Part shown: positions 33,995-47,559 of the stretch, one piece after another
Position numbering within the stretch: the stretch's first letter is position 1
How the letters are laid out: the number at the start of each line of letters is the position of its first letter
DNA from: Paraspadella gotoi
Lineage: Eukaryota; Animalia; Chaetognatha
Length of the DNA: 64,000 bases
Reading direction: 5' to 3'
Assembly: GCA_051294375.1 (NCBI GenBank)
Contig: CM119270.1
Location: forward strand, 18,895,272-18,959,271
The notes under the pieces: model-generated
Told to the model about the DNA's origin: nothing
Databases searched by the model: none
The model's input: the letters and a program-made list of their open reading frames with translations, nothing else
Made by a program: the position numbers and the translations under genes

Positions 33995-34220
33995 ACACTA
34001 AGCCGCAAGCCCCTAGCCTAGATCATTGCCCCCTATTCTGCCAGCCCATACCTCTTAAATTGTCGACAATCCCCCTGGCCCCCTATCTAGCCGACAAGGC
34101 CCTCGCCTAGTCATGCCCCTATTCTACCAGCCCAATACCTCTTAATTGCCCCCCTGGGCCCCCTATCTAGCCGACAAGGCACCTGCCTAGCCCATATTCC
34201 CTATCTGCCGACAAGGCTCC
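33995..34220 (+). repeat. Degenerate GC-rich tandem repeat (ccccctatctagccgacaaggc / gcccctattct-ccagccc units)
   Basis: ctatctagccgacaagg occurs three times and ccctattct..ccagccc.atacctctt twice. Confidence 0.6.
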
Positions 34221-34257
34221 CACTCCGCTCAGAGATAAAACTTTTGTTTCGTCACAT

Positions 34258-34840
34258 GGCCAGTTGCCCCACCTCCGCTTTTCAATCCAGCCAGTTGGCC
34301 CCACCTCCGCTTTCAAATCCAGCCAGTGGCCCCACCTCCGCTTTCCAAATCCAGCCAGTTGGCCCCCACCTCGCTTTCAAATCCAGCCAGTTGGCCTCAC
34401 CTCCGCTTTCAAATCCAGTTGGCCCCACCTCGCTTTTAAATCAGCCATTTGGCACCCCCACCTCCACTTTTCAAATCCAGCCCAGTTGGCCCACCTCCGT
34501 TTTTTCAAATCCACCATTGGCCCCACCTCCGCTTTCAAATCCAGCCAGTTGGCCCCACCTCCGCTTTCAAATCAGCCAGTGGCCCCACCTCCGCTTTCAA
34601 ATTCCAGCCAGTTGGCCCCACCTCCGCTTTCAAAATCCAGCCAGTTGGCCTCACACTCCGCTTTCAAATCAGTTGGGCCCCACCTCCGCTTTCAAATCCA
34701 GCCATTTGGCCCCACCTCCGCTTTTCAATCCAGCCAGTTGGCCCCACCCCGCTTTTCAAATTTCCTGCCAGTTTGGCCCCACCTCCGCTTTCAAAATCCA
34801 GCCAGTTGGCCCCACCTCCGCTTTCAAATCCAGCCTCCGC
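34258..34840 (+). repeat. Minisatellite, ~32-bp unit cagccagttggccccacctccgctttcaaatc, ~18 copies
   Basis: Read directly. The overlapping ~200-aa ORFs in all three frames are repeat translations. Confidence 0.92.
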
Positions 34841-35556
34841 GTTTTTCGTGTTTAAGTCTTCGGCGTCGCGATTAACTCTGCCTTACCTCGATGCTGAGGT
34901 AAGGGGGGCAGGGAGGGTAAGGTTAGAGGGATGAAGGTAGGCTTCGGGTCAGTTGTCGTTTGTGGTGGCCCGAAATGATAAATAAAGATAAAAGAAAATT
35001 AAAAATATATGAGGTATGAATTGACAAAAATTAAATAAAAATAAACAAAGAGGAAAGAGAATAAAAACGAGAAAAAAGGCTGAGTTAATGTTGAGCAGGA
35101 AAATGAAAAGATTAAAGAAAAGAAAAAAAAGGAAACTTGGGTGAAAGACAGGACGCGACAAAGGAATTAGTGACAGAGAGAGAGAGAGAGAAAATAAGAG
35201 TGAGAGAGAGACAGAGAGATAGAGAGAGAGAGCAAACAGAGATTGCGAGATTATTGGTCCCATCTGCTACTGACTCGCGGTTTTGTCAATAAGGGGTTTT
35301 CCCTAGATTGCGATTTTTTTTGTCTCCTAATTTTTCAGAGGTAAAATATTTAAAAAAGCGGGATTGAAAGTGAGAAGAGATGAGTGAAAATGAAAAGTTT
35401 AAAGGTTTTTATGAGTAAATGAAAAGATTACCTGTTTGTACAATGTACATGTATGTACATTTTGCAGGTCTGAAAAGAAAGTAATATAGTAAACTAAAAA
35501 TTGTTAGTCATTTTTACTTTTTTTTATTGTCTCGCTATCTCTTTCTTTTTATCTAG

Positions 35557-35589
<33 letters not shown>

Positions 35590-35599
35590 TGTTTCTTTG

Positions 35600-35657
<58 letters not shown>

Positions 35658-37591
35658 TCCTCTGTTCTCCTTTTCTTCCCGCGATTCTCCAATTTCGTGT
35701 TCATCCTTCAACGAACATTTGACGAACGACTTTGGCGAATGAACGACGGCAGCGACGACGACGACGACGACGACCACAGCGGAATTTGAAATCAGACTTC
35801 GAGAATGAAACACCTGAGATTCTTGTGACGTAGAAAGAAAGGTTTCGCGTTCGAAACTTGGGTTGAGCACAACTTTTAGACAATACAACTAATATATATA
35901 TATATATATANNNNNNNNNNNNNNNNNNNNNNNNNNNNNNNNNNNNNNNNNNNNNNNNNNNNNNNNNNNNNNNNNNNNNNNNNNNNNNNNNNNNNNNNNN
36001 NNNNNNNNNNNNNNNNNNNNNNNNNNNNNNNNNNNNNNNNNCTCTCTCTCTCTCTCTCTCTGAAAATAAAATACCGACATCGACAAAAAGACAAGAAATT
36101 GAAAGCATTTGTCACAACGACTGTAAAAGCCGACAACAATAACAACAAAACCAGACAACAACAACAACAACTCCCTCTCTGTCGCCCCACGAAACCGTAA
36201 CGCCCGTCGTTTGTCCCCGATTGACGACACGTCATCTCCAATTCTCGGACGGAGAAGGAGGAGGAGGAGGAGGAGGAGCAGGAGGAGGAGGAGGATCTGG
36301 ATGGAATAAGAAGGTAAGTTTTTGTCAGGTTAGGGTCTGGTTGTTGGACAAACTATTTGAAAATTAGGAAAAAAAATGCAGAAAGTAGGAAACTAAAACT
36401 GTATAGATCCCTCATTTATTTCCACGAGACAACTATCAACAAATCGTATCAAACTAAGATTAAAAAAAATAATGTGATTGCAAGTGATTAGTACTTAGTA
36501 AAACTAATAATCTTGCGTATATCTAAAAGAAAATTAAGTAAAAAAAAAGAAAAGAAAATAAATAGAAAATCTTAACGATAAAATGCTAAAGGAGAGTCTG
36601 CGATCAAGTACAGCGACTGAATTATGGACAGATTTGATGCCGAGTTGTCGAGGTAGAGGGTGAGAGAGTGGGGGGCAGGGGGAAGGCGAGGGGGGGCACA
36701 CAGTGTATCCCACACGCGTGGAAAAGTCATGGTCATCACTTTAGCGATTTCTATTGATTTTTGACAAATATCTTGTCTTTAAATTCCTTTTGCCATTTCT
36801 ATTAAACGTTATTTCGTTTTTTTATTGTCTTTAGTACGGAAATTATTATTTTCATGCGGTCTTTGCGATGCCAAATTGAAATTTTTGATTGCTGGTTTTG
36901 CGTTACCACAACATTATATCACTAGAAATAACTAATTTTTATTAAAAACTATATATTTTTAATAATCATCAACAGCTCTTTTCGCTAAGCGTTTCTTTTG
37001 AATATTATTTTTTATTAATATTTGTAGAATGAAAGTTGCAATACAGTTGGCCATTAAGTGGCAAAGTGATTTAGAATGAAATGAGCCTCCGGATTTCCTT
37101 AAGTTCAGCTTTTAAGTTGTTCGGGGATATTTTAGGGATCATCGAAATTTAACTTTCAAAGGCATTCAAATGGCTGGGTGGATGTCTGAACATTAACCCC
37201 TGTTGCGGTTTTTTTTGCGGGTTTTTCGTTTTAGAAAGAAATCTGACTTGCAAAGTAGACTAGTTTATGTAAATTCCGAAATTTTATTTTCTTATATAAA
37301 TTTTAACTAAGAAGTTGCGGAGGCGACGAAAGAGAGAGAGATAGAAAAAGAGAGAGAGGAAAAAGATAGAGAGAGAGAATAGAGAGAGAGAGAGAAGAGA
37401 GGATGAGAGAGAATAAGAGATGCGTAACTATCAGCCGCTGCTCGTTTTGACTAATCAGAAGAGAAAGAGAATGAGAGAGAGGAGAGAGAGAGAGTGAGAG
37501 GAGGAGATGAGTAGAGATGAGAGCGAGAGGAGAGAGAAGAGAGAAAGAGAGAGGAGAGAAAGAAGAGAGAGAGAGAAAAAAAAAAAAAAAA

Positions 37592-37622
<31 letters not shown>

Positions 37623-37694
37623 AGATTCGAATTCAAGCCTCTGCTTTTGGAATATTTCATAAGAGAAATAAAGAAGAAGGAAAGAGGGAGAAAA

Positions 37695-37725
<31 letters not shown>

Positions 37726-37757
37726 AAAAATCTTAAAAGAATTGTTGAGCCTCCCTT

Positions 37758-38010
37758 CAATGATAACCAAATATTGGTGCGCATGATAACCCAAATGATT
37801 GATGCCGATGATACCGAATATTGATGCGATGATATACCAAATATTGATGCGATGATAACCAAATGATCGATTTTATGATTTACCAAATGATTGATGTGAT
37901 AATAACCAAATGGTTATCAATGATTAGTCAATTTCATTTGTATGCTGATGATAAATCATTCATTGATAAGATGATAGTCATTCATTTGATGCGATGATAG
38001 GTATTCATTG
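37758..38010 (+). repeat. Degenerate ~23-bp tandem repeat (gatgataaccaaatattgatgc)
   Basis: Repeated gataaccaaat/gataccgaat followed by attgatgc. Confidence 0.7.
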
Positions 38011-38859
38011 ACTCAATTAATCATCATCATAAATAAAACAAGCAAATGCGTGTTTAGTGAAAGATGAGGAAAGAGAGAGATGAGATTGAAAAGAGAGAGA
38101 GAGAAAGAAAGTGAATTTAATCACGAAAATCTCGGATGTGAATTTGGATTTTGCATGAGTGAAAAAATCGCGACTAAATTGGCGATAATAAAAGTTTTTT
38201 AAAAGGGAAAAAAAATATTCAATTTTTTTTAAAAAAAAACGATCACGCAAGAGATCGTACAGAGAGAGAGAGACAGAAGAGAAGACTAGGACAGAAACAG
38301 AGATAGCATGGACAGCCCGCTGGAAGGCAGCTGAACAGTCACTGCAAGAGCCTGCAACTTTTTAAAGTTAGAAAAGGCACAACTGAACAAAAATAAGAAG
38401 AAAATTTATATTATAATTTTAAAGAAATAAAGAAGGAAAAAAATGTTACAATGTTTACAATTGGAATTTTTACAATTTTTTAGTAATTATCCTTTCTTAA
38501 TAATTTTAACGTTTGTAAATAAAAAATTTTCTCTGACTGTATTTTGCATTATTTAAAACCTTTGAGTATTTATTAACTCTAATTTGCATATTTGTAGTAT
38601 TATATTTTTTAAGAAATGAAGAATAAAAAAAATCTTAGGAAACTTACATGTATAGAGATGACATATATTAGATATGCATTCTAACATTTAAACCATAATA
38701 GAATTGAAGATACTTCAAAGCCAAAATGAAGTGTATACTGCAATTACTTTTCAATCAAACAAGTTCCAAGGATAAAGCTTTTTGCTAATAGATAAAAATC
38801 AAAACAAACTTATTGTGATGGTGGGTGGGTTGGTGGCCTTAATGATTAGAAATAGCGCG

Positions 38860-39328
38860 GAATTTTCTTGCTGTCCACCTTACTATGGCTTCATAGTTGT
38901 AGTGGTTACAGGTGGGTAGCGAGGCTGTATGAAATTTTCTGCTGTCCACTTCTATGGCTTCATAGTGTAGTGGTTACAGGTGGGTAGCGAGGCTGTATGA
39001 AATTTTCTGCTGTCCACCTTACTATGGCTTCATAGTGTAGTGGTTACAGGTGGGTAGCTAGGCGTATGAAATTTTTGCCTGTCCACCTTACTATTGGCTT
39101 CATAGTATGCTGTGCGTTACAGGTGCTGGTAGCGAGGCTGTATGAAATTTTCTTGCCTGTCCACCTTACTATGGCTTCATGTGTAGTGGTTACAGGTGGG
39201 TTTGTAGCGAGGCTGTATGAAATTTTCTGCTGTCCACCTTTACTATGGCTCATAGTGTTAGTGGTTACAGTGTGGGTAGCGAGGCTGTATTGAAATTTTC
39301 TGCTGTCCACCTTACTATTGGCTTCATG
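38860..39328 (+). repeat. Minisatellite/satellite, ~68-bp unit, ~7 copies
   Basis: Unit gaaattttctgctgtccaccttactatggcttcatagtgtagtggttacaggtgggtagcgaggctgtat repeated head-to-tail with no unique spacers. Confidence 0.92.
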
Positions 39329-39927
39329 TGGGGCAGGGGGAAGCCCGAGTGTAGAAGGGAAGGGGGAGGGGAAGGAGCCGAAAGCTCTCGTAGGTTGATT
39401 AAACGATCCAGTTTTCCATCTTGAGACGGAAGTATATGCCGACTTTATGAGTTTTTAAAAAAAATCTCGAGGGATAAAAAGTGGGAGGAGGAGAAAAGGG
39501 GGGGGGAGAGACAGGAAAGAGGGGGAGATGTGGGTGACGAAATGTTGCAAGTGGGGGAGGAAGTGTTGGAGTGGTATAGGAAGAGGAAATCTGGGGACGC
39601 CGACAATTGAATAACGTTGCAGAGAGGTTAGAAAAGAGAAGAAAGAGAAGAGAGGAGAAAATTAGAAAGATGAAAAGGAAAAGGAAAGAAAGAAAAGAAA
39701 AATTATCGACCGAAAAGAAAACTTGAAAAAAATATCGGAAATCGTTGGAAACGAGAAACCAGAGTTGCCAGTTTTAAAAACAGAAAAAACGAAATGTACC
39801 TACATAATAATTTCGGAAAATATTTTCTGCATTTCTGGCTTTTTTTTTTGGTAGGAGGATCGTCACAGATAAAAGGAGTGACCGAGTTGAACACGAGAAA
39901 TCACCGCTGCTATTTTCTAGTTTTCCT

Positions 39928-40165
39928 AGTTCGCACCCTGTTTGCAACTTTTTTCGCTCTTCGTTCGCACCCTGTTCGCAACTTTGTTCGCACTTGGTTC
40001 GCACCTTTTTCGAGACTTCGTTCGCACCTGGTTCGCACCCTCTGCGACGGTCGGGAGAAAATTGATTCTGCTTCGTTCGCACCTTGTTCGCACCTTGTTC
40101 GCACCTTGTTCGCACCTTGTTCGCACCCTCTGCGACGGTCGGGAGAAAATTGATTCTGCTTCGCC
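39928..40165 (+). repeat. 11-bp repeat (gttcgcacctt) nested in a ~100-bp higher-order duplication
   Basis: About 11 gttcgca-containing units. ctctgcgacggtcgggagaaaattgattctgcttcg appears twice (~40040 and ~40128). Confidence 0.85.
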
Positions 40166-42243
40166 GACGACGAATCTAATAAAAAACAAGAAAAATCAGG
40201 GAAGAGAAAAATTCTGCGTCGGGAGAGTCGATGATGGCGGAAAGAGAGGCGAGTAGAGGGAGACAGGGCTCGAGAAAATATATTGCGAAGATAGAGCTTA
40301 TGATGGAGGAGGGAGGAGGGACAGAGGTCCAGAAAATACTCAAGGAGGCAATGACGAAAGGACACGGAAAAATTCAGTATCGTTAGCGGAACAAATGCAG
40401 AAACGGCATTCAGGTTTGAGAAAATGCAATGGACGCACGACTGATGGATTATTTGATCACGTTTTAGTAGGACGTATGTTGCATATGAGTCAAATGTGGC
40501 AAGAGTAGAAAAAAATCGATAAAATTATTCTAGAGACGAGACACGGCTTTGGAGAGTCTTGCAATGTTAGATCATGGAAAAATCAGCATTTTCTTAATGA
40601 AAATGGAAGTTATGGAATAATGATCAAAGTAGATACATAACTCTTAATAAATAGATAAATTTTAAGAAAAGCGCAGACCAAATTTGAAACGAGAAGAAAA
40701 TTGAGTGAAAAAAATTCGTAACGCGGAATTCGGCCAAATCGTTGCTGATGGAACCACGAGGAGAAATGGAACCGAAATTAGGTTCCTGCATCTTATGTTT
40801 TGTGTTTCGTAGTTGTTGTGGTTGTATCGTCGTCGTCGTCTTCGTCATCGTCGTCTTCGTCGTCGTCGTCGTCGTTGTCATCGTAGTCGTCGTTATCCCC
40901 GTTGCCTAATCAACGTTTTACAATTCGCCCAGGGGAAAAGCCGCTATCAAAATCCAGTCAACGCCAGTTGACGGAAAGGAGAGAAAAAGATCGAGAGAAA
41001 AGATAGCGGGAGAGAGAGAGCAGACGAGAGAGAGAGAGAGAAGAGAGAGAGAGAGTATGAGACGAGAGAGAATTGATGATGAAATGAGATGAGAGAGCAG
41101 AGAGAGAGAGAGAGAGAGGAGTCACTTGGCGCGTTATCGCCCGTTGGTAGATTTTCTCACAATGACCTAGTTTTTCTCCTTCCACCGGAAGTTCTGCACT
41201 TAGGCTTCGAATTCGCAGATCCAACGGGAATTAAAATCAAGAGGACTTTAGAATCGGACGATAACTTTAGAATCGGGCGGGTGTTGAATTGGACAAAACC
41301 TTAGAATAAGGCCGACCTTGAAATCAGACTGACCAACAATCGCTCAAGCATCTGCAATCGAAACCAATTTTAATAAAGAAAGAAAAAAGGGGANNNNNNN
41401 NNNNNNNNNNNNNNNNNNNNNNNNNNNNNNNNNNNNNNNNNNNNNNNNNNNNNNNNNNNNNNNNNNNNNNNNNNNNNNNNNNNNNNNNNNNNNNNNNNNN
41501 NNNNNNNNNNNNNNNNNNNNNNNNNNNNNNNNNNNNNNNNNNNNNNNNNNNNNNNNNNNNNNNNNNNNNNNNNNNNNNNNNNNNNNNNNNNNNNNNNNNN
41601 NNNNNNNNNNNNNNNNNNNNNNNNNNNNNNNNNNNNNNNNNNNNNNNNNNNNNNNNNNNNNNNNNNNNNNNNNNNNNNNNNNNNNNNNNNNNNNNNNNNN
41701 NNNNNNNNNNNNNNNNNNNNNNNNNNNNNNNNNNNNNNNNNNNNNNNNNNNNNNNNNNNNNNNNNNNNNNNNNNNNNNNNNNNNNNNNNNNNNNNNNNNN
41801 NNNNNNNNNNNNNNNNNNNNNNNNNNNNNNNNNNNNNNNNNNNNNNNNNNNNNNNNNNNNNNNNNNNNNNNNNNNNNNNNNNNNNNNNNNNNNNNNNNNN
41901 NNNNNNNNNNNNNNNNNNNNNNNNNNNNNNNNNNNNNNNNNNNNNNNNNNNNNNNNNNNNNNNNNNNNNNNNNNNNNNNNNNNNNNNNNNNNNNNNNNNN
42001 NNNNNNNNNNNNNNNNNNNNNNNNNNNNNNNNNNNNNNNNNNNNNNNNNNNNNNNNNNNNNNNNNNNNNNNNNNNNNNNNNNNNNNNNNNNNNNNNNNNN
42101 NNNNNNNNNNNNNNNNNNNNNNNNNNNNNNNNNNNNNNNNNNNNNNNNNNNNNNNNNNNNNNNNNNNNNNNNNNNNNNNNNNNNNNNNNNNNNNNNNNNN
42201 NNNNNNNNNNNNNNNNNNNNNNNNNNNNNNNNNNNNNNNNNNC

Positions 42244-42278
<35 letters not shown>

Positions 42279-45200
42279 TCGAATCTTTGTGCGACACCGG
42301 AGACCCTTGAACCTGCGATAGCGAAAACAAACAAAACCGAAATCGGAAAACAAAATATGGGACAAAGAATATGGGACAAGGAATATGGGAAAAGGAATAT
42401 GGAACAAAGAATTCATGATGCAAGACACCTTTCCATTTTAAAGCCATTTCTCCTAATCGATTGTCGCTATAGGGTTATTTAAATCAACTTATCTTGAATG
42501 CACATAATTTAATATATTTGCTTTTTTTTTTGGTATATTTTTTGTTTATTTTTTGTACGTTATTTATATATATAGTTTTATATGTTTTTTTGTATAATAT
42601 TTCTGAAAATATATATACTACCAATTGTTTCTTTTGTTCATCCTTCTCTCTCCAATTTTATGTTCTGTGTCGTCGAAGAGAAAAATATCCCGAAATAAAA
42701 ATGTTCGTCGAATCGGAAAAAGAGAAAATAAAAAAAACAACCTTTTTTCCGATAAAATTTCCGGAAAAAAACTTCCGGTTGACTTTTCCTCTGAATTTCG
42801 TCAACTGAAACAAAATGGAAACGAAAAAAGTAAATTTTTTTGTTTGTTAAATTGTTTGATTTTATTATAAAAGTTTTGGATGTTTCAGCGGAAAGAATTT
42901 AGAGTTGACACCGATCTAAATGTATTACAGTTTAATTCTATCGCCCTAAAACACGTGATTCTAGCGTTGGATATTTCACGCATTCTATTCTGAATCNNNN
43001 NNNNNNNNNNNNNNNNNNNNNNNNNNNNNNNNNNNNNNNNNNNNNNNNNNNNNNNNNNNNNNNNNNNNNNNNNNNNNNNNNNNNNNNNNNNNNNNNNNNN
43101 NNNNNNNNNNNNNNNNNNNNNNNNNNNNNNNNNNNNNNNNNNNAAAAAAAAGAAAAATGGCGCGGATTAATTTTCGACTTTGAATTTTTAATTCGTCATC
43201 CGACGCAACGAGGGATTCGCTTCCCTGCACCGGAAGTCGATCGAGAGACGAGGTTCCCAGGTGGCATCTGCCAGTCGGAGGCGACGTCTATGATGGCATC
43301 TGCCAGTCGGACGAGATGTCGACGATGGCATCTACCATTTAAGGGGGCGTCAAAGACGGCGTCTTCTGGCAAAGAGAAGAAATATCTTTCTCTCTCTCTC
43401 TCNNNNNNNNNNNNNNNNNNNNNNNNNNNNNNNNNNNNNNNNNNNNNNNNNNNNNNNNNNNNNNNNNNNNNNNNNNNNNNNNNNNNNNNNNNNNNNNNNN
43501 NNNNNNNNNNNNNNNNNNNNNNNNNNNNNNNNNNNNNNNNNNNNNNNNNNNNNNNNNNNNNNTTTTTGTCACTGTCACTCTCGCTCCCTTGGACCGGAAG
43601 TTGGGAGAGAGAGATTTTGTCCTCGCGTCTCTCGTACATCACACGATTTTCTTCTTTTCGTCCGTAGTTGTTGTTGTTGTTGTTATCCTTACTTTGTTTT
43701 CTTTGTTTCATTTATTTTCTATTTTTTTCTCGGATTTTTTTTTCTTTTCTACTTTATTTAATTCAACTTTCTTTTTTTTTTTAATCTTTCTCTTTATTTT
43801 TTCTTTTCTCCCAAATTTCTTTGTTTGCTTATCTCTCGCCTTTCTTTCCCCAAGGAATCTTTTTTTTNNNNNNNNNNNNNNNNNNNNNNNNNNNNNNNNN
43901 NNNNNNNNNNNNNNNNNNNNNNNNNNNNNNNNNNNNNNNNNNNNNNNNNNNNNNNNNNNNNNNNNNNNNNNNNNNNNNNNNNNNNNNNNNNNNNNNNNNN
44001 NNNNNNNNNNNNNNNNNNNNNAGAGAGAGAGAGAGAGAGAGAGAAACATTGAAGCTTATAAAATAGAAACGCAATTTTATCATGAGCCAGCGCAAAATAA
44101 TAACTGTTGACAGTTGACCCTGATTAGTACAAAAAACATTTTTAAATTTATAATTTAACTTTGATTGTTATATTTTGCAAAAAAAAGAAGAAAATTGCGG
44201 TCATATCAAGCTTTCGTGGGGTAAAAGGATGTTCCTTGAGCAAAAGCGACCGAAGCGCCACCACCGGAGGATTAAACGCGAGACGGCGTCGCCTTGGCAA
44301 CGCGCCGGAGGCTAAAGCCGAACTAGAGGCGCGAAAAGAGGAAGTGGTGAGGGAGGGGGGAAAGAGAGGGGGAGTGTGGGGGCGACGGGGGCTAAGGAAC
44401 TTTGGGATAAAGGGGCAAAGGGGGCAAAGGGGGCAAAGAGGGGCAATGGGTCAGGGTCGCGGGCAAAAAGTATTGATTGGCGAAAACGGTCGCCCAACGG
44501 AATCTTATTAGCGACGAAATTGAGGCTTCGACGCCGACGGCGAAACAGCACAAGATGTTTTGTTTGTTTTCTTTTTCGGAGTTTGTTTTGTTTTTACTTT
44601 TTTATAAACAATGAATTTTATTATTACATGATATGCTATTTTGTTCAAATATTTATTATTATTACGCGATGAAGTCTTTTCAAAATTTTTCTATTTTCTC
44701 TTTCCGTATGTTAATTATTTTTAAAAATAAGGTCGACTTAAATATTTGCTTGAAAAATATAGAAAATGATTAAAAAAGGAAAACAGGGTGAAACAGAGAG
44801 AAAAAAACTAGAGATAGAGAACGAGAGAGAGAGAAAGAGAGAGAGACAAAAAGAGAGAGCCGGAGAGAAAAAACTAGAGATAGAGAACGAGAGAGAGAGA
44901 AAGAGAGTATCTTTTTTTCTTTCTCGCGTCATCCTAAGTGTGGGCAACCGCTTGATAATACAGAACCCTCTGCACCCATGAAAGCGCGAGAAACAGAGAG
45001 AATAGAGATCTCGACTGTCTCTCTCTCTGCTCTCTTCTACGTCTCTCTTCTCTTTCTTCCTCTACTCTCTCTCGCCCTCTGAAGGCGCTTTCCACACCCA
45101 ACAAACCACTACCATGTCACCAACCAAAAAGGCGAAATAAAGACAGACATAATACTCGAGCAGGAAAGATATCTAATTTAACCCTTCTTATTTCGCGGGA

Positions 45201-45306
45201 ATTTTGCATAGGTCCGCGGTTGCAGGCGGCCTCATCCGGTCTCTCTCTCTCTCTATTCTCTCCCTCTCTCTTATTATCTCCNNNNNNNNNNNNNNNNNNN
45301 NNNNNN

Positions 45307-45343
<37 letters not shown>

Positions 45344-47559
45344 CGATCCTTTCTCTCTGTTCTCCTTTCATGGGGTGAGAGGTTTTATATCACGGTTGCC
45401 CAACTTAGGAACCGAGAAGAAAAAAAAGGGAAAAAAAAGAGAAAAAAAGAAAAAAAGGTCTGATTTGATTTGATTTGGGTTCTTTTTCTTTATTTCTGGG
45501 CAGAAAAACAAGAAAAAGTTGGGAATCGTTTTGGGGGGGGAAGGAAAAAGGAGGAAAGGATGGAAAAAGAAAGGAAGGATAAAAAGGAGAAGGAAAAAGG
45601 AGAAAAGGAAGGAAAAAGAAAGGAAGGATAAAAAGGAGAAGGAAAAAGGAGGAATGGAAGGAAATAGAAAGGGGAAGAAGGAAGAAAGATAAAGGAAGGA
45701 CGAGNNNNNNNNNNNNNNNNNNNNNNNNNNNNNNNNNNNNNNNNNNNNNNNNNNNNNNNNNNNNNNNNNNNNNNNNNNNNNNNNNNNNNNNNNNNNNNNN
45801 NNNNNNNNNNNNNNNNNNNNNNNNNNNNNNNNNNNNNNNNNNNNNNNNNNNNNNNNNNNNNNNNNNNNNNNNNNNNNNNNNNNNNNNNNNNNNNNNNNNN
45901 NNNNNNNNNNNNNNNNNNNNNNNNNNNNNNNNNNNNNNNNNNNNNNNNNNNNNNNNNNNNNNNNNNNNNNNNNNNNNNNNNNNNNNNNNNNNNNNNNNNN
46001 NNNNNNNNNNNNNNNNNNNNNNNNNNNNNNNNNNNNNNNNNNNNNNNNNNNNNNNNNNNNNNNNNNNNNNNNNNNNNNNNNNNNNNNNNNNNNNNNNNNN
46101 NNNNNNNNNNNNNNNNNNNNNNNNNNNNNNNNNNNNNNNNNNNNNNNNNNNNNNNNNNNNNNNNNNNNNNNNNNNNNNNNNNNNNNNNNNNNNNNNNNNN
46201 NNNNNNNNNNNNNNNNNNNNNNNNNNNNNNNNNNNNNNNNNNNNNNNNNNNNNNNNNNNNNNNNNNNNNNNNNNNNNNNNNNNNNNNNNNNNNNNNNNNN
46301 NNNNNNNNNNNNNNNNNNNNNNNNNNNNNNNNNNNNNNNNNNNNNNNNNNNNNNNNNNNNNNNNNNNNNNNNNNNNNNNNNNNNNNNNNNNNNNNNNNNN
46401 NNNNNNNNNNNNNNNNNNNNNNNNNNNNNNNNNNNNNNNNNNNNNNNNNNNNNNNNNNNNNNNNNNNNNNNNNNNNNNNNNNNNNNNNNNNNNNNNNNNN
46501 NNNNNNNNNNNNNNNNNNNNNNAATCAAGCAATGCTAATAACAATACACCGTTTTAAAACTAACCATAGCATGTGACATCTCTGAGGCAATATGACGAAA
46601 TGTTAAAGCTTGGTCGACTCGTGAATATGGCCGATCGCTCGCGGCGTTTTTGAGACGCTCCCGGTCACGTGATGGCGTTGTCATGGAGATGAGTCGACAA
46701 CAACCGACGCCCGAGCGAAGTTATGATCCTCGATCGATTTTCGCCTCAAGAAATTATCAACAATGGAAAGAAAGGAAAAAAAAAGAAAGATAATTTATCA
46801 GGCAACCAAAAAAAAAAGAATTGAAAATAAAAGAAAGAAAGCGCCGAGTCGGCGAATTCATTTTATTTCCGGCAAACGAAAAAAGATCATGAGCCGAGAA
46901 TCGAAACGCCGGACGAAAGAGTAGATTTAGCTTCCGGCGGCAGTGGCGTCGGCGGCCGCGGCTGCGGCTGCGGATGCGGCTGCGGCTGCGGCGGTGATAA
47001 CGATCAATCAAAAAGAAAAGGCGAGAGCACAAAGCAAATTATCTCTGCGACAGCAATCGCGAATCAGTTATTTATTTGTTAATAGATTCTGAGAGTAAAT
47101 TTCTTCGTTTAATTTGTATAGAATATTGTGTTGTAAATGTCATAAACTCAAAGAAACCGCCTTAANNNNNNNNNNNNNNNNNNNNNNNNNGAGAGAGATG
47201 AGAGATGAGAGAGAGAAAGAGAGAGTTGAAGGCGCGGAGATATCAAAACCATGAATATTTAATTCAGCCTCGAGCGCCACCTCCTCTTTTCATTCAAAGT
47301 CGGGAGAGTTTCCATTTGTTCCATTTTGAAGACAATTGCAGCTCTTCGAGGCCACGGATTCCTCTGATCATTCTCATTCCTACGTTATATGTCAGTAAGT
47401 TGTTGAATTTCCGTCGATTCATTCATTGAAGTCATTACAATTATTTAAATGAGACAGTTTACAAAAAATTACTTTGTTTTGCCCATTTTATTTTAGATTT
47501 TTTTAAAAATTTAATTTTATTTAAAAACATTCTCATTTTATTCACTTCCATTATTCTTT

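Noticed and set aside
34244-34934. Three overlapping Pro-rich repeat ORFs resembling a multi-copy neuropeptide precursor (WPHLRF repeats)
   Set aside because: The 32-bp unit is not a multiple of 3, indels rotate the frames, and there are no Gly-dibasic processing sites or signal peptide.
38860-39328. Possible CRISPR array
   Set aside because: Head-to-tail units without unique spacers, no cas genes, eukaryotic context.
41324-46544. Long ORFs of 350-386 aa
   Set aside because: They run through N gaps and are mostly X.
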